Origin: a virus
Virus record (IMG/VR): IMGVR_UViG_3300018875_000005
Span: 4,134-68,133 of that record
Reading direction: 5' to 3' (one strand)
Length of the DNA: 64,000 nucleotides
A program made the translations under genes and the position numbers. Positions 9,059 to 18,500 of the stretch are shown here, one piece after another. The notes under the pieces are model-generated. The model searched no databases, was not told where the DNA came from, and was given only the letters and a program-made list of their open reading frames with translations. The first letter of the stretch is position 1, and each line of letters opens with the position of its first letter.

Positions 9059-10105
9059 ATGCTTGAAGCCCTGCTCAGGGACATCGACGCCACCGAGATC
9101 AACGCCTTCGCGCGGGAGGTGCAGACCCCCGCCGACTACGCGCTCACCCTCTCCGTGATGCCGGAGCGGCGGATCAACTCGGTGAAGTTCCGCACCAAGC
9201 GGACCGAGCGCCGCGTCAACGCCGCCTCCTACCGGGCGTTCGACGCGCAGACCAAGGTCGCCACCCGCGAGGCCAAGCGGATCGTCACCGAGGGCATGCT
9301 GCCCCCGCTCGGCCAGAAGTACCTGGTCGGCGAGCTGGAGCAGATCCTGCTGGACACCTCCCGCGGCGCCGACTCGTCCGAGCTGGTGGAGCTGCTGTAC
9401 CAGGACGTCGCCGCGCACGTGCAGGCCATCCGCTCCCGCCTGGAACTCGCCGTCGGCGACCTGCTGACCGACGGCAAGTTCACCCTCAACGCGGAGAACG
9501 GCCTGACAGTCGAGTACGACGCCGGCGTGCCATCCGCGAACATGCCCACCGCCGCCACCCCGTGGACCGACCCCACGGCGGACGCCCTGGCGGACGAGAT
9601 GGCCTGGATCGAGGTGCTGCGCGCCTCCGGGGCCCCGCTCCCGGCCCGCGTCATCACCTCCTACAAGGCCCGCGCGCTGCTGGCGTCCAACGACGCCTAC
9701 CGCCGCGCGTTCTACGGCCAGCCCGCCGCGCAGACCCCCACCGGCGTCCTGGCGCCGAACGAGGTCGACACCGTCCGCGCCCGCTACGGCCTGCCGCCCA
9801 TCGAGGTCTACGACGTGCAGATCCCGGTGGACGGCGGCGGCATGACCCGCCCCATCCCCGAGGACCGGTGGATCATGCTCCCGCCGAACGCCACCCAGTG
9901 GGGCGAGACCCAGTACGGCGTCACCGCCGAGTCGCTGGTGCTGTCCTCCGGTTCCAACCCGGCCATCGAGCGGCAGGAGGCACCCGGCATCGTCGTCACC
10001 CACGGCTACACCGACGACCCGGTCCAGGTGTGGACCAAGGGCGCGGCCGTGGCGATGCCGGTGCTGTACGTGCCGGACATCCACATCACCGCGAAGGTGT
10101 TCTGA
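9059..10105 (+). CDS. Major capsid protein (Phage cap E-like)
   Basis: 348 aa; ASYRAFDAQT, WTDPTADALADEMAW, VWTKGAAVAMPVL motifs. Confidence 0.9.
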   Translation: MLEALLRDIDATEINAFAREVQTPADYALTLSVMPERRINSVKFRTKRTERRVNAASYRAFDAQTKVATREAKRIVTEGMLPPLGQKYLVGELEQILLDTSRGADSSELVELLYQDVAAHVQAIRSRLELAVGDLLTDGKFTLNAENGLTVEYDAGVPSANMPTAATPWTDPTADALADEMAWIEVLRASGAPLPARVITSYKARALLASNDAYRRAFYGQPAAQTPTGVLAPNEVDTVRARYGLPPIEVYDVQIPVDGGGMTRPIPEDRWIMLPPNATQWGETQYGVTAESLVLSSGSNPAIERQEAPGIVVTHGYTDDPVQVWTKGAAVAMPVLYVPDIHITAKVF

Positions 10106-10107
10106 TC

Positions 10108-10395
10108 ATGGGCGCGAAACTCGCGGCGACCGTGTACGTGCGTGACCCGGAGACCCACCAGGTGGTCGCTCTGGAGGCCGGGTCGGAGCCGGAGCCGCGG
10201 CTGGCGGCGCTGGTCACCAACCCGTCGGCGTGGGAGGGCGGCAAGCTCCCGGCCGCGGCGCAGCGGACCGCCGAGGCGTCGGACGACAGCGGCGGCGACG
10301 GCGGGGACTCCACCAGGCAGGCCGCCAAGACGACGGCGGCCCGTAAGCCGGCTCGGGGCCGGAGGACCGCCGACGAGGGCAGCGGCGGTCAGTGA
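10108..10395 (+). CDS. Small post-capsid protein
   Basis: ATG right after the MCP stop; LVTNPSAWEGG motif. Confidence 0.7.
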   Translation: MGAKLAATVYVRDPETHQVVALEAGSEPEPRLAALVTNPSAWEGGKLPAAAQRTAEASDDSGGDGGDSTRQAAKTTAARKPARGRRTADEGSGGQ

Positions 10396-10397
10396 AA

Positions 10398-10450
10398 GGT
10401 GCGGGGCCCGGCCGGTGTGGCTGGGGCGCCACCAGGCCAGGCCCCGCACC
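10398..10450. terminator. Stem-loop after capsid operon
   Basis: GGTGCGGGGCC...GGCCCCGCACC inverted repeat. Confidence 0.5.
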
Positions 10451-10489
10451 CCCCTTCCCAACCGCCGCCCCGACTGGAGGTGACCCCCG

Positions 10490-10828
10490 GTGGATGCCGC
10501 GACCCGCGCCTGGCTGCTGGACCAACTCGGCGAGAACACCGACCCCGCCGACCTGGAGGACCGCTACACCCGCCTCGGCACCGCCCGCGCCGTCGCCCTG
10601 TCCGTCCTGCGCGGCAGGAGAGCCGCGCTGCTGGCCCAGCCCGCCAAGGTCAGCGTGAGCGGCGTCGTCAACGTCGACTACGCCGAGATCATCAAGGCGC
10701 TGGAGCGGCAGATCACCGAACTCGAATCCGGGGTGCCCCTCGCGCCGGACGAGGCCGACCCGGACGGCGACGGCACCGCCGGCGAGACGATGCACACCAT
10801 CCACCTGGTGCCGCGGAGGCGCCGATGA
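10490..10828 (+). CDS. Head-tail adaptor-like protein
   Basis: RBS GGAGG; position and size; SVSGVVNVDY motif. Confidence 0.65.
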   Translation: MDAATRAWLLDQLGENTDPADLEDRYTRLGTARAVALSVLRGRRAALLAQPAKVSVSGVVNVDYAEIIKALERQITELESGVPLAPDEADPDGDGTAGETMHTIHLVPRRRR

Positions 10829-11661
10829 CCACCCCCGTCCGGGTCCGCCGCCGCCCCCGGCACCGTCCCGAACTCGCCGCCCTCACCGGCACCGCCGCGA
10901 CCCGGCTCACCGCGGCCTGGGCGCTCCTCGCCGCCGCCCAGACCCGGCTCCTGCGCCGCCTGGCCCCCATCCGGCCCGGCCCCGGGGTCGCGGCCCGCAT
11001 CCGCGCCGCGCTGGCCGACTTCAACGCCGCCGTCGCCGAGTTCGACCGCACCGCCCGCGGCATCGTCGAGCGGTGGGCCGCCCAAGACCTGCCCACCGCC
11101 TACCGGGACGGGGCGCTGCGAGCGCTGGCCGCCATCGACCGGCCCGCCGCCACCTTCCGCTGGACCCGCGACCACCAGGCGACCATCACCGCCACCACCG
11201 CCGTGTTCTACACCGACCTCATCGGCCGCATCACCGAGGCGGTGCGCCGCGCCCACGCGTTCGCCCGCGCCGCCACCGACGCCGCCCGCACCCCCCAGGG
11301 GGCGAACCCCACGGCCCTCCGGGAGCAGTGGCCGCTGGACACCATCGTCTACGCCAACGACGCCCGGCACCCCGTCCGGTCCTGGGCGGACGCCGCCCTC
11401 CGCTACCAGGGCATCGCGCTGGCCAACTCCGGTGCCATCAACGTCAGCGTGTGGGACCTGGGCTGCCAGTGGCTTCAGGTGGTCGACGGGCCCGACTGCG
11501 GCTTCCGCGGCCACGAGGACTCCGACCACGCCGACGGCACCCTCCGCTCCGCGCCAGACGCCGCTGAATGGCCGACCTCCCACTTCGGCTGCATCCGGGA
11601 GTGGATCCCCCGCCCCGACCTCACCGACCGCCCTGGCCTGACCTCGGGAGACCTGGCATGA
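10825..11661 (+). CDS. Phage minor capsid / Mu gpF-like protein
   Basis: Helical N-terminus; C-terminal VVDGPDCG...HFGCIREWIP (HPNCxR-like) motif. Confidence 0.7.
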   Translation: MTTPVRVRRRPRHRPELAALTGTAATRLTAAWALLAAAQTRLLRRLAPIRPGPGVAARIRAALADFNAAVAEFDRTARGIVERWAAQDLPTAYRDGALRALAAIDRPAATFRWTRDHQATITATTAVFYTDLIGRITEAVRRAHAFARAATDAARTPQGANPTALREQWPLDTIVYANDARHPVRSWADAALRYQGIALANSGAINVSVWDLGCQWLQVVDGPDCGFRGHEDSDHADGTLRSAPDAAEWPTSHFGCIREWIPRPDLTDRPGLTSGDLA

Positions 11662-11894
11662 GCGACCAGCCCATCGGCCCCATCCTGGACGGACTCGGCG
11701 CCACCCTCGACCTCGACGACGGCGACCTGGTGGAGTCCGTCGTCGTCATCGCCAAAATCGTCGGACCCGACGGCCAGGCATCGCTGTCCATCGCCGACAG
11801 CGAGGGCATGTCGTGGATCGACCGCATCGGAATGCTCGCCGCCGCCCAACAGGTCGTCCAACAAGTCCCATTCGAGTACCGGGACGAGGACTGA
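11658..11894 (+). CDS. Hypothetical acidic protein
   Basis: ATGA overlap, Streptomyces-like codon usage. Confidence 0.65.
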   Translation: MSDQPIGPILDGLGATLDLDDGDLVESVVVIAKIVGPDGQASLSIADSEGMSWIDRIGMLAAAQQVVQQVPFEYRDED

Positions 11895-11899
11895 CCGCC

Positions 11900-12139
11900 A
11901 TGAGCGCACTCGCCGACCGGCTGAGCCACGCCGCCTTCTGGAAACGCCTCCACATGACCCTGTTCTGGGTGTGGGTGGCGCTGCTCCCGCCGACCCTCCT
12001 GTGGTGGAGCCAGTCGGTGCAGTACATCGTCTACATGTCCTGGTACGCCATCGCCATCGGCCACATCTCCTCCTGGCAGGCGGCGCGAGCGGAGAAGCGG
12101 GAAGAGGAGAGCGAGAAGAACGGAGGCGGCGATGAGTGA
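11900..12139 (+). CDS. Small two-helix membrane protein
   Basis: LFWVWVALLPPTLLWW and YIVYMSWYAIAIG hydrophobic segments. Confidence 0.65.
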   Translation: MSALADRLSHAAFWKRLHMTLFWVWVALLPPTLLWWSQSVQYIVYMSWYAIAIGHISSWQAARAEKREEESEKNGGGDE

Positions 12140-12521
12140 CCTGCCGCCGGAGATGGCCCGCAACGTCCGCATCGACGCCCAGCCCGGCTCGGTGCGCCTG
12201 TACCTGGACGAGATCGACGTCAGCGCCAACGTGCTGGCCTACGAACTCCAGCACGACGTGCACCATGCGCTGCCGCAGCTCGTCCTCCACACCCGCCAGC
12301 CGTCGGGCGCGGTCTTCAGCGGCCTGGCGCGGGTCGCGGTTGCGGTGGACGACCCCGGTCCGGTCATCGCCGAGTTCCTGGCCAACCTCGACCCGTCGGC
12401 GGTGGAGTGGGCCGCGCTGAACCGGGACGACCTCGATCCGGGCAAACACGGCGTGACCGCCGCGATCCTGCGCACGCTCGCCGAATGGGCCCAAGGCCAG
12501 AGCCCGGGCGGTGGTCGGTGA
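12132..12521 (+). CDS. Hypothetical protein
   Basis: Coupled ORF within the head-tail cluster. Confidence 0.65.
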   Translation: MSDLPPEMARNVRIDAQPGSVRLYLDEIDVSANVLAYELQHDVHHALPQLVLHTRQPSGAVFSGLARVAVAVDDPGPVIAEFLANLDPSAVEWAALNRDDLDPGKHGVTAAILRTLAEWAQGQSPGGGR

Positions 12522-12967
12522 TGGCCGGCCTGGACGACGCCCTGGCCCCGGTGGCCGCCTGGATCACCGGCAACGTGCTGGTGGACACCGTCCGGATCAG
12601 CCTGCCCGCCACCGGGGATCCCGTGCTGAACGAGACCACCGGCCAGCTCGAGTACCCCGAGCCGGAGGTGCTGTACGAGGGGCCCGGTGCGGTGCAGCCG
12701 CTCACCACGGACATCACCGCGGTCCCCAACGCGGGCCTGCCCTGGGTGGCAGAGACCAAATCCCGCTACCAGCTCCTCACCCCGCTGGACGCGCCGGTCG
12801 CCCCGAAGGACGCCACCGTGAAGGTCACGGCCGTCCACGAGGGCGGGGATCCGGCGCTGCTGCGCCGCTCCTGGCGGTGCCAGGACCCCTCCCGCGCGGC
12901 CACCCTCGCGGTGGTGCGGGCCACGCCGCTGGACCAGAACCAGCAGTCCGCCCAGGAGGTGCCCTGA
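12521..12967 (+). CDS. Head-closure protein (DUF6093-like)
   Basis: DTVRI...PVLNETTGQLEY...LYEGPGAVQ motif. Confidence 0.7.
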   Translation: MAGLDDALAPVAAWITGNVLVDTVRISLPATGDPVLNETTGQLEYPEPEVLYEGPGAVQPLTTDITAVPNAGLPWVAETKSRYQLLTPLDAPVAPKDATVKVTAVHEGGDPALLRRSWRCQDPSRAATLAVVRATPLDQNQQSAQEVP

Positions 12968-13368
12968 TGCCCGACCTGACCCCCGGAGAACTGGCCGACC
13001 GGCTGGAGCAGTCCGCCAAGGACCTTCCGGAGGCGATGCGGCGCCGGCTGCGGCACGCCGCCGAACTGGGCCGCGCCCGGATCCGCGGCCACGCCTCGGG
13101 CCGGCCGGGGCCGAACGTCATCTCCGGCGACTACCGCCGCTCCTGGAAGGTCCCCACACCTCGCCGCATCCCCTACGGCGCCGAGTGCATCATCGGCACC
13201 GAGGCGCCGCAGGGCCGCCGCCTGGAGTTCGGGTTCTACAACCGGACCGACTCCCTGGGCCGCCACTACTTCCAGCCGCCGTTCCCGCACGTCGGACCGG
13301 CGATCCCCTACATCGAGCACGAGATGCAATGGGGTGTCCGCGCGGTGGTGGCGGAGGTGCTGCGCTGA
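12967..13368 (+). CDS. HK97 gp10-like neck/tail completion protein
   Basis: GPNVISGDYRRSW, GRRLEFGF, PFPHVGPA motifs. Confidence 0.8.
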   Translation: MPDLTPGELADRLEQSAKDLPEAMRRRLRHAAELGRARIRGHASGRPGPNVISGDYRRSWKVPTPRRIPYGAECIIGTEAPQGRRLEFGFYNRTDSLGRHYFQPPFPHVGPAIPYIEHEMQWGVRAVVAEVLR

Positions 13369-13823
13369 TGATCCCCCGCCTCCCGGTCACCCGCGCCCTC
13401 GCCGCGCTCATCGAGACCGCCACCGGCCTGCCGGTCGGCCTGGGCCGACTGCCGCCCAACGCCCCCGAGCCGCCCTACTACCTGCTGTACTCGGTGGACG
13501 GCGCCTTCTCCGGCGCCCCCTACGCCGACCGGCACGAGGACCGGACGCTGGTGTACCAGGTGACGTGCGTGTCCGGCCCGGACGACGACCGCCCCGGCTC
13601 CCACGGCACCGAGGACCAGGCCGAGTGGATGGCCGACAAGGTCCACCAGGCCGTTCTCGGGCGCGACCCCGCCACCGGCCGGTGGCGGCACGACCTGAAC
13701 CTGCCCGCCGGAATCCGGTGCACCGGCCGCCGACCGGACACCGAGCCGGGGGGAACGTCCGACCCCGGCGATGCCATCATGAGCTACGTGCTTCGGTTCA
13801 GGCTCGACCTGACCGCCGCCTGA
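13368..13823 (+). CDS. Tail terminator protein
   Basis: Position before MTP; PPYYLLY, VYQVTCVSG motifs. Confidence 0.7.
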   Translation: MIPRLPVTRALAALIETATGLPVGLGRLPPNAPEPPYYLLYSVDGAFSGAPYADRHEDRTLVYQVTCVSGPDDDRPGSHGTEDQAEWMADKVHQAVLGRDPATGRWRHDLNLPAGIRCTGRRPDTEPGGTSDPGDAIMSYVLRFRLDLTAA

Positions 13824-13968
13824 CCCACGGGTCGGGCACGACACCGCACCGCGGCGGACCCACGCGGACGCCATCCCAGTGGTGGCAGCCACCCAACACG
13901 AACCGTGTAGGGGCCGGGTCCGCACCTCCACCTCCGTGCGGTTGGCCCCGGGAGAAGCGAGGGGCCAC

Positions 13969-14454
13969 ATGCCACCCGTCAAGAAGTTCATGCGCCGCGG
14001 CACATCCCTGTTCTACTTCGTGCCGACCATCGCCGCCACGTCCATGATCCCCACCCGTTCCGAACTGACCGCTGGCACCAACCTCACCCAGGCCATCGCC
14101 GAACTCGACGGCTGGACCCAGACCAACAACACCATCGACACCCCCGACATGGCGGACACCTTCGATTCGAAGATCCCCGGGTCGGACGCGGCCGACGACT
14201 CCTCGATGACGTTCTACGAGGACGAGGACGAGGACACCATCGAGACCCTGCTGGCCAAGGGCACGTCCGGCTACATCGTGATCCTCCGCAAGGGCGACGT
14301 GCCCGCGTCGGAGTCGATGGACATCTTCCCCGTCCGGGTCGCCTCCCAGAGCCCGCAGTACACCGCCGACAACGAGGCCGCCAAGTTCCAGGTGACGTTC
14401 ACCATCACCTCCCGGCCGGTGCAGGGCGCCGCGGTCCCGGCCGCCACCCCGTAA
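13969..14454 (+). CDS. Major tail (tube) protein
   Basis: IDTPDMADTFDSKIPG, GYIVI, AAKFQVTFTITS motifs. Confidence 0.85.
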   Translation: MPPVKKFMRRGTSLFYFVPTIAATSMIPTRSELTAGTNLTQAIAELDGWTQTNNTIDTPDMADTFDSKIPGSDAADDSSMTFYEDEDEDTIETLLAKGTSGYIVILRKGDVPASESMDIFPVRVASQSPQYTADNEAAKFQVTFTITSRPVQGAAVPAATP

Positions 14455-14564
14455 CCGGCGCCCGCGCCCTCTCAGCCCCCGGCCGGGCCCGGCGTGTGTT
14501 CGGGAAGGGGCGCCCGTGCGGCGCCCGGCCGGGTCTCCCCTTCCCCTGATGGAGGACCCACGAC

Positions 14565-15119
14565 ATGAGCACCACCACCGTCACCCACGACCACGACTCG
14601 CCGGCCGAGGCCGCCCCGGCGGACCCGTCCGCGACGCTGGAGCGGCTACGCAACCGCCGCCGCCCGACCGTGACGCTGACCATCTGCGACGACCTGGCCG
14701 CCAAACGCGCCCTGGGCGAGGCCCAGTACGAGGAGCGGGCCGCGCAGCGCGCGGTGGACGCCGACCCCGGCGACGCGGAGGCGAAGAAGAAGCTCGCCGC
14801 GGCCAGGAAGCAGGTGACCAAGTGCCAGCAGGCGGTGGACGGCGCGTCCATCAAGCTCCGGTTCCAGGCACTGGAGCGGAAGGAACTGGACGCGCTGAAG
14901 AAGGCACATCCGCCGACCGAGGAGCAGGCCGAGGACGGCTTCGAGTTCAACGTCGACACGTTCGCGCCGGAGCTGATCGCCGCCTCGTCGCTGAACGGCA
15001 TCACCGTCGCCGACGCCCGCACGTTTCTGGACACCTGGTCCAACGCCGAGGCCGCCGCCCTGTTCGACGCCGCGTGGGGCGTGCAGGGCGAGTCCCGCAT
15101 GGACCTGGGAAAAGGCTGA
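14565..15119 (+). CDS. Tail assembly chaperone (G)
   Basis: Lies between MTP and TMP; ends in slippery G GGA AAA. Confidence 0.8.
   Translation: MSTTTVTHDHDSPAEAAPADPSATLERLRNRRRPTVTLTICDDLAAKRALGEAQYEERAAQRAVDADPGDAEAKKKLAAARKQVTKCQQAVDGASIKLRFQALERKELDALKKAHPPTEEQAEDGFEFNVDTFAPELIAASSLNGITVADARTFLDTWSNAEAAALFDAAWGVQGESRMDLGKG
15107..15113 (+). other. -1 programmed ribosomal frameshift site GGGAAAA
   Basis: X XXY YYZ heptamer just before the chaperone stop; the -1 frame stays open to 15496. Confidence 0.8.
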
Positions 15120-15496
15120 CCACCGATGCCCGCCTCCGCAACGAGCTGGAGCTGTGCCACGAGTGGGGCATCCCCCACTCCCAGTTCCGCGGCATCGGTG
15201 ACGGCACCTGGACCGCCCGGGACCGGGCCAAGGCACTGGCCTACCAGGCGTGGCGGCGCACGGTGTGCCCGCAGTGCAACACCCGCGCCGAGGAGTGGAC
15301 CGACGACCGCGGCGAGTTCGTCGAGGCGTACATCGCCGCCTCCCACAAGTGCTTCGGCTGCGAGGAGATCGCCCGCAAGCAGGCCGAGGTCCCGGAGGGC
15401 AAGCCCGGCTGGGGCGTCAAGGTCTACCTGATCCCGCCGGCTGTGAAGGCGGCGCTCGAGGTCGCCGAGCAGTACCAGCGCAGACACCAGCACTAG
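15113..15496 (+). CDS. Tail assembly chaperone T domain (frameshift extension, G-T fusion)
   Basis: No independent start; ELELCHEWGIPHSQF...CPQC...CFGC. Confidence 0.75.
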   Translation, partial: RLTTDARLRNELELCHEWGIPHSQFRGIGDGTWTARDRAKALAYQAWRRTVCPQCNTRAEEWTDDRGEFVEAYIAASHKCFGCEEIARKQAEVPEGKPGWGVKVYLIPPAVKAALEVAEQYQRRHQH

Positions 15497-15517
15497 ACGG
15501 AGAGGGGAGGGGCGGGC

Positions 15518-18500
15518 ATGGCGAACTGGAACCTGTCGGTGTCCCTGCGGGGCGAGGGCCAGGATCTGGCCCGGGCGCTGCGGGACGCTGCCCGCCACGC
15601 CCGGAACCTGGAGCGGAACGCCTCCCGGGCCAAGCGGGAGGTGCGGGACCTGGGCGAGGCGGCCAAGACCGCCTCCCGCCACATCAAGACGCTCGGCACC
15701 TCCGCCCGCAACACCGCCCGGCACCTGCGCTCCCTCGGCGACGCGGCGCGCACCGCGAACCGGCACCTCGGCCGGTACGGGGACGCCGCCCGCAACGCCA
15801 ACCGCCACCTGCGGACCCTGGGGGACTCCTCCCGCACCGCCTCCCGCCAACTCGCCCGGATGCACGGCGACCTCGACCGGGCCGTCCGAGACCTGATCCG
15901 CCTCGCCCAGGCCGCGCAGCGCGCCACCACCCAGGTCAACCGGGTCGGCAACACCCGCGCCCTGCGCCAGGTACAGCGCGACGCCCGGGCTGCCCGCGGC
16001 GAACTGCGGGCGATGGCCGCCATCATGTCCGGCGGCGCGCTGACCATGGGCTTCGGGCAGTTCCTGGAGAACGGCAACGAGTTCCAGCGCGCGATGAACA
16101 CCTTCGGCGCGGTGACGAACGCGACCGCCGGGCAGATGCAGCGGGCCGGGGCGACCGCCCACCAGCTCGGTGCCGACCTCCGGCTGCCGAACGCGACCGC
16201 CGCCGAGGCCGCCGAGGCCATGGTCGAACTCGCCAAGGCCGGTTTCCGCACTGACCAGGCGATCTCCGCCACCCGGGCCAGCCTCCAACTCGCCTCCGCC
16301 GCGCAGGTCAACGCCGCCGACTCCGCGAAGTACCTCGGCGACATCATGGACCAGTTCGGGCTCGGCGCCGACCAGGCGGCCCGGGCCGCGGACACCCTCG
16401 CCGCCACCGCCAACTCCGCATCCGGCGACATCATCGACATCTACTACTCGATGAAGTACGCCGGGCCGGTCGCCGCGACCCTGGGCGTGACGCTGGAGGA
16501 GACGGCCGCCGCGGTCGGCATGCTCGGCAAGGCCGGCATTCTCGGCATGACCGCCGGCACCACGCTGCGCGGGATGTTCGCGAACCTGGCCGCCCCGACG
16601 CCGAAGATGATCGAGGGCCTGAAGGGCATGGGCATCGAGGCGTGGGACGCGCAGGGCCGCTTCAAGGGCCTGCGGTACGTCATCGAGGGCCTGTCCAAGG
16701 CTCAGCACGACATGACGCAGCAGGACTTCGTCGGGGCGCTGCGGCACTCCATGGGCAAGCCGGCGATGTCCGGCGCCGCAGCCCTCGCCCACCAGGGCGT
16801 CGAGAGCTTCGATGCGCTGATGGTGGCAGTGCAGGACACCGGCGCCGCCGCCGATATCGCCGCGGCCAAGGGCAAGGGCCTGGCCGGTGCGATGACCCAG
16901 CTCAAGACCCAGGCGCGGCAGACCGGCATCACCATCTACGAGGGGCTGGCGCCGGGTCTGGAGCGGGTGGTGCGCGGGGTGACGGCGGGGCTGGCCGCCG
17001 CCACCCCGAAGATCGAATCCTTCTTCGACTATCTGAACGACGCCGCGGTGCTGTTCGGCCCGGACCTCGCCGCCGTGGCCCGGGAGCAGTTCGGCGCCAT
17101 CGGTGACGCCGCCGGGAGCATGCTCGCGCCCTTCCGGGAACTCGGCCAGGACGCCCTCGCTGGCTTCCTGCACCTGCTGATCCGCACCGCCACCGCCGCC
17201 GCCGAGGTCCTCACCAACCTCGCCGCTGGCGCCGAACCCGTCATCGAGGCGCTGTCCGGGATCGCGGACGGCTCCTCCGGCGCGGCCACCGCCCTGGACA
17301 TCATCGTGATGGTGCTGGGGGCGGCGGCCGACACCGCGGCCTGGCTGTCCGGCGTCCTCGGCCCGCTCGGGCAGGTGGTCGCCGACGTGGTGAGCGCCTT
17401 CGGGGACCTGCCCGGCCCGATCCAGACCGCCGTCCTGGCGATGCTGCTGTTCCGGCGGTACGGCACCGGACCCCTCACCGCCCTCCAGGGCCGCGTCGGC
17501 GCGGTCACCGGCGCGTTCCGCCGGTTCGGGGACGAGATGCGTGTCCAGCAGTCCCTGGCCGCCGCCTCCGGGATGGCCTTGGGCCGGTACGGGGCATCGC
17601 TGGCCGTCCTCCAGGCGCGGCTGCCGGTGTTCGGCGCGATGGCCAACTCGTTCCGGACCGCCTCCGCCGCGGGCTCCGGGCTCACCGGCACCCTGCGGGG
17701 CATGACCGCCGCGGCCAGCACCGGCCTGGCCCGCGCGTTCTCCGGGCTGACCGCGGCGATGGGCGGGCCGTGGGGACTGGCCATCGCCGGCGCCACCATC
17801 GGCCTGGGCATGCTCGCCAGCAGCCAGCAGAAGGCGGCACAGAAGGCCGCCGAGCACAAGGCGTACATCGACTCCCTGACCGAGGCAATCCGCACCTCCA
17901 ACGACGTCACGTCCGAGAACGTGCGTGAGGTCGCGGCGAAGATGCTCCAGGACCGCAAGCTCGGCCTGTCCGGGGAATCGCTGATCGGCACCCTGCGCCG
18001 CGCCGGAATCAGCCTGAATGAGGTCACCGACTCCTACCTCGGCCAGGGCGAGTCCATCAACACCCTGGTGCGCCGCCTGCGAGACCTGGCCCGGGAGTCC
18101 GAGGGCGGCATCGGCTCCGGCACCCGCCAGGCGCAGGCGTACACCGAGGCAGCCAACGCGCTGGAGTCCATGTCGGGGGAGGCGGGGAAGGCAGCCGCGC
18201 GGGCGAAGGAGCTGGACGACGCCGCCAAGGGCACCGAGGGCGGGGTGACCGCCTATCAGCGGCTGAAGGACGCCGTCACCGCCCTGGGTGACAAGACCGC
18301 GGACGCCGACTCCCGCACCCGGGCGCTGCGGGACGCCCTGGACCTGCTCTCCGGCGGCTCCGTCAGCTACGAGGCGGCACAGGCCCGGGTGAACAAGGCG
18401 ATCACCGCGGCGAACGACGCGATGCAGGACGGCATCGAGAAGGCCGACGGCTGGGGCAAGCAGCTCGTGTCGGCCACCGGGTCGATCGACACCACCACCA

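Noticed and set aside
10397-10409. AGGTGCGGGGCCC as a fourth late-promoter copy
   Set aside because: It is one arm of a hairpin with GGCCCCGCACC at about 10440 and has no -10 box upstream
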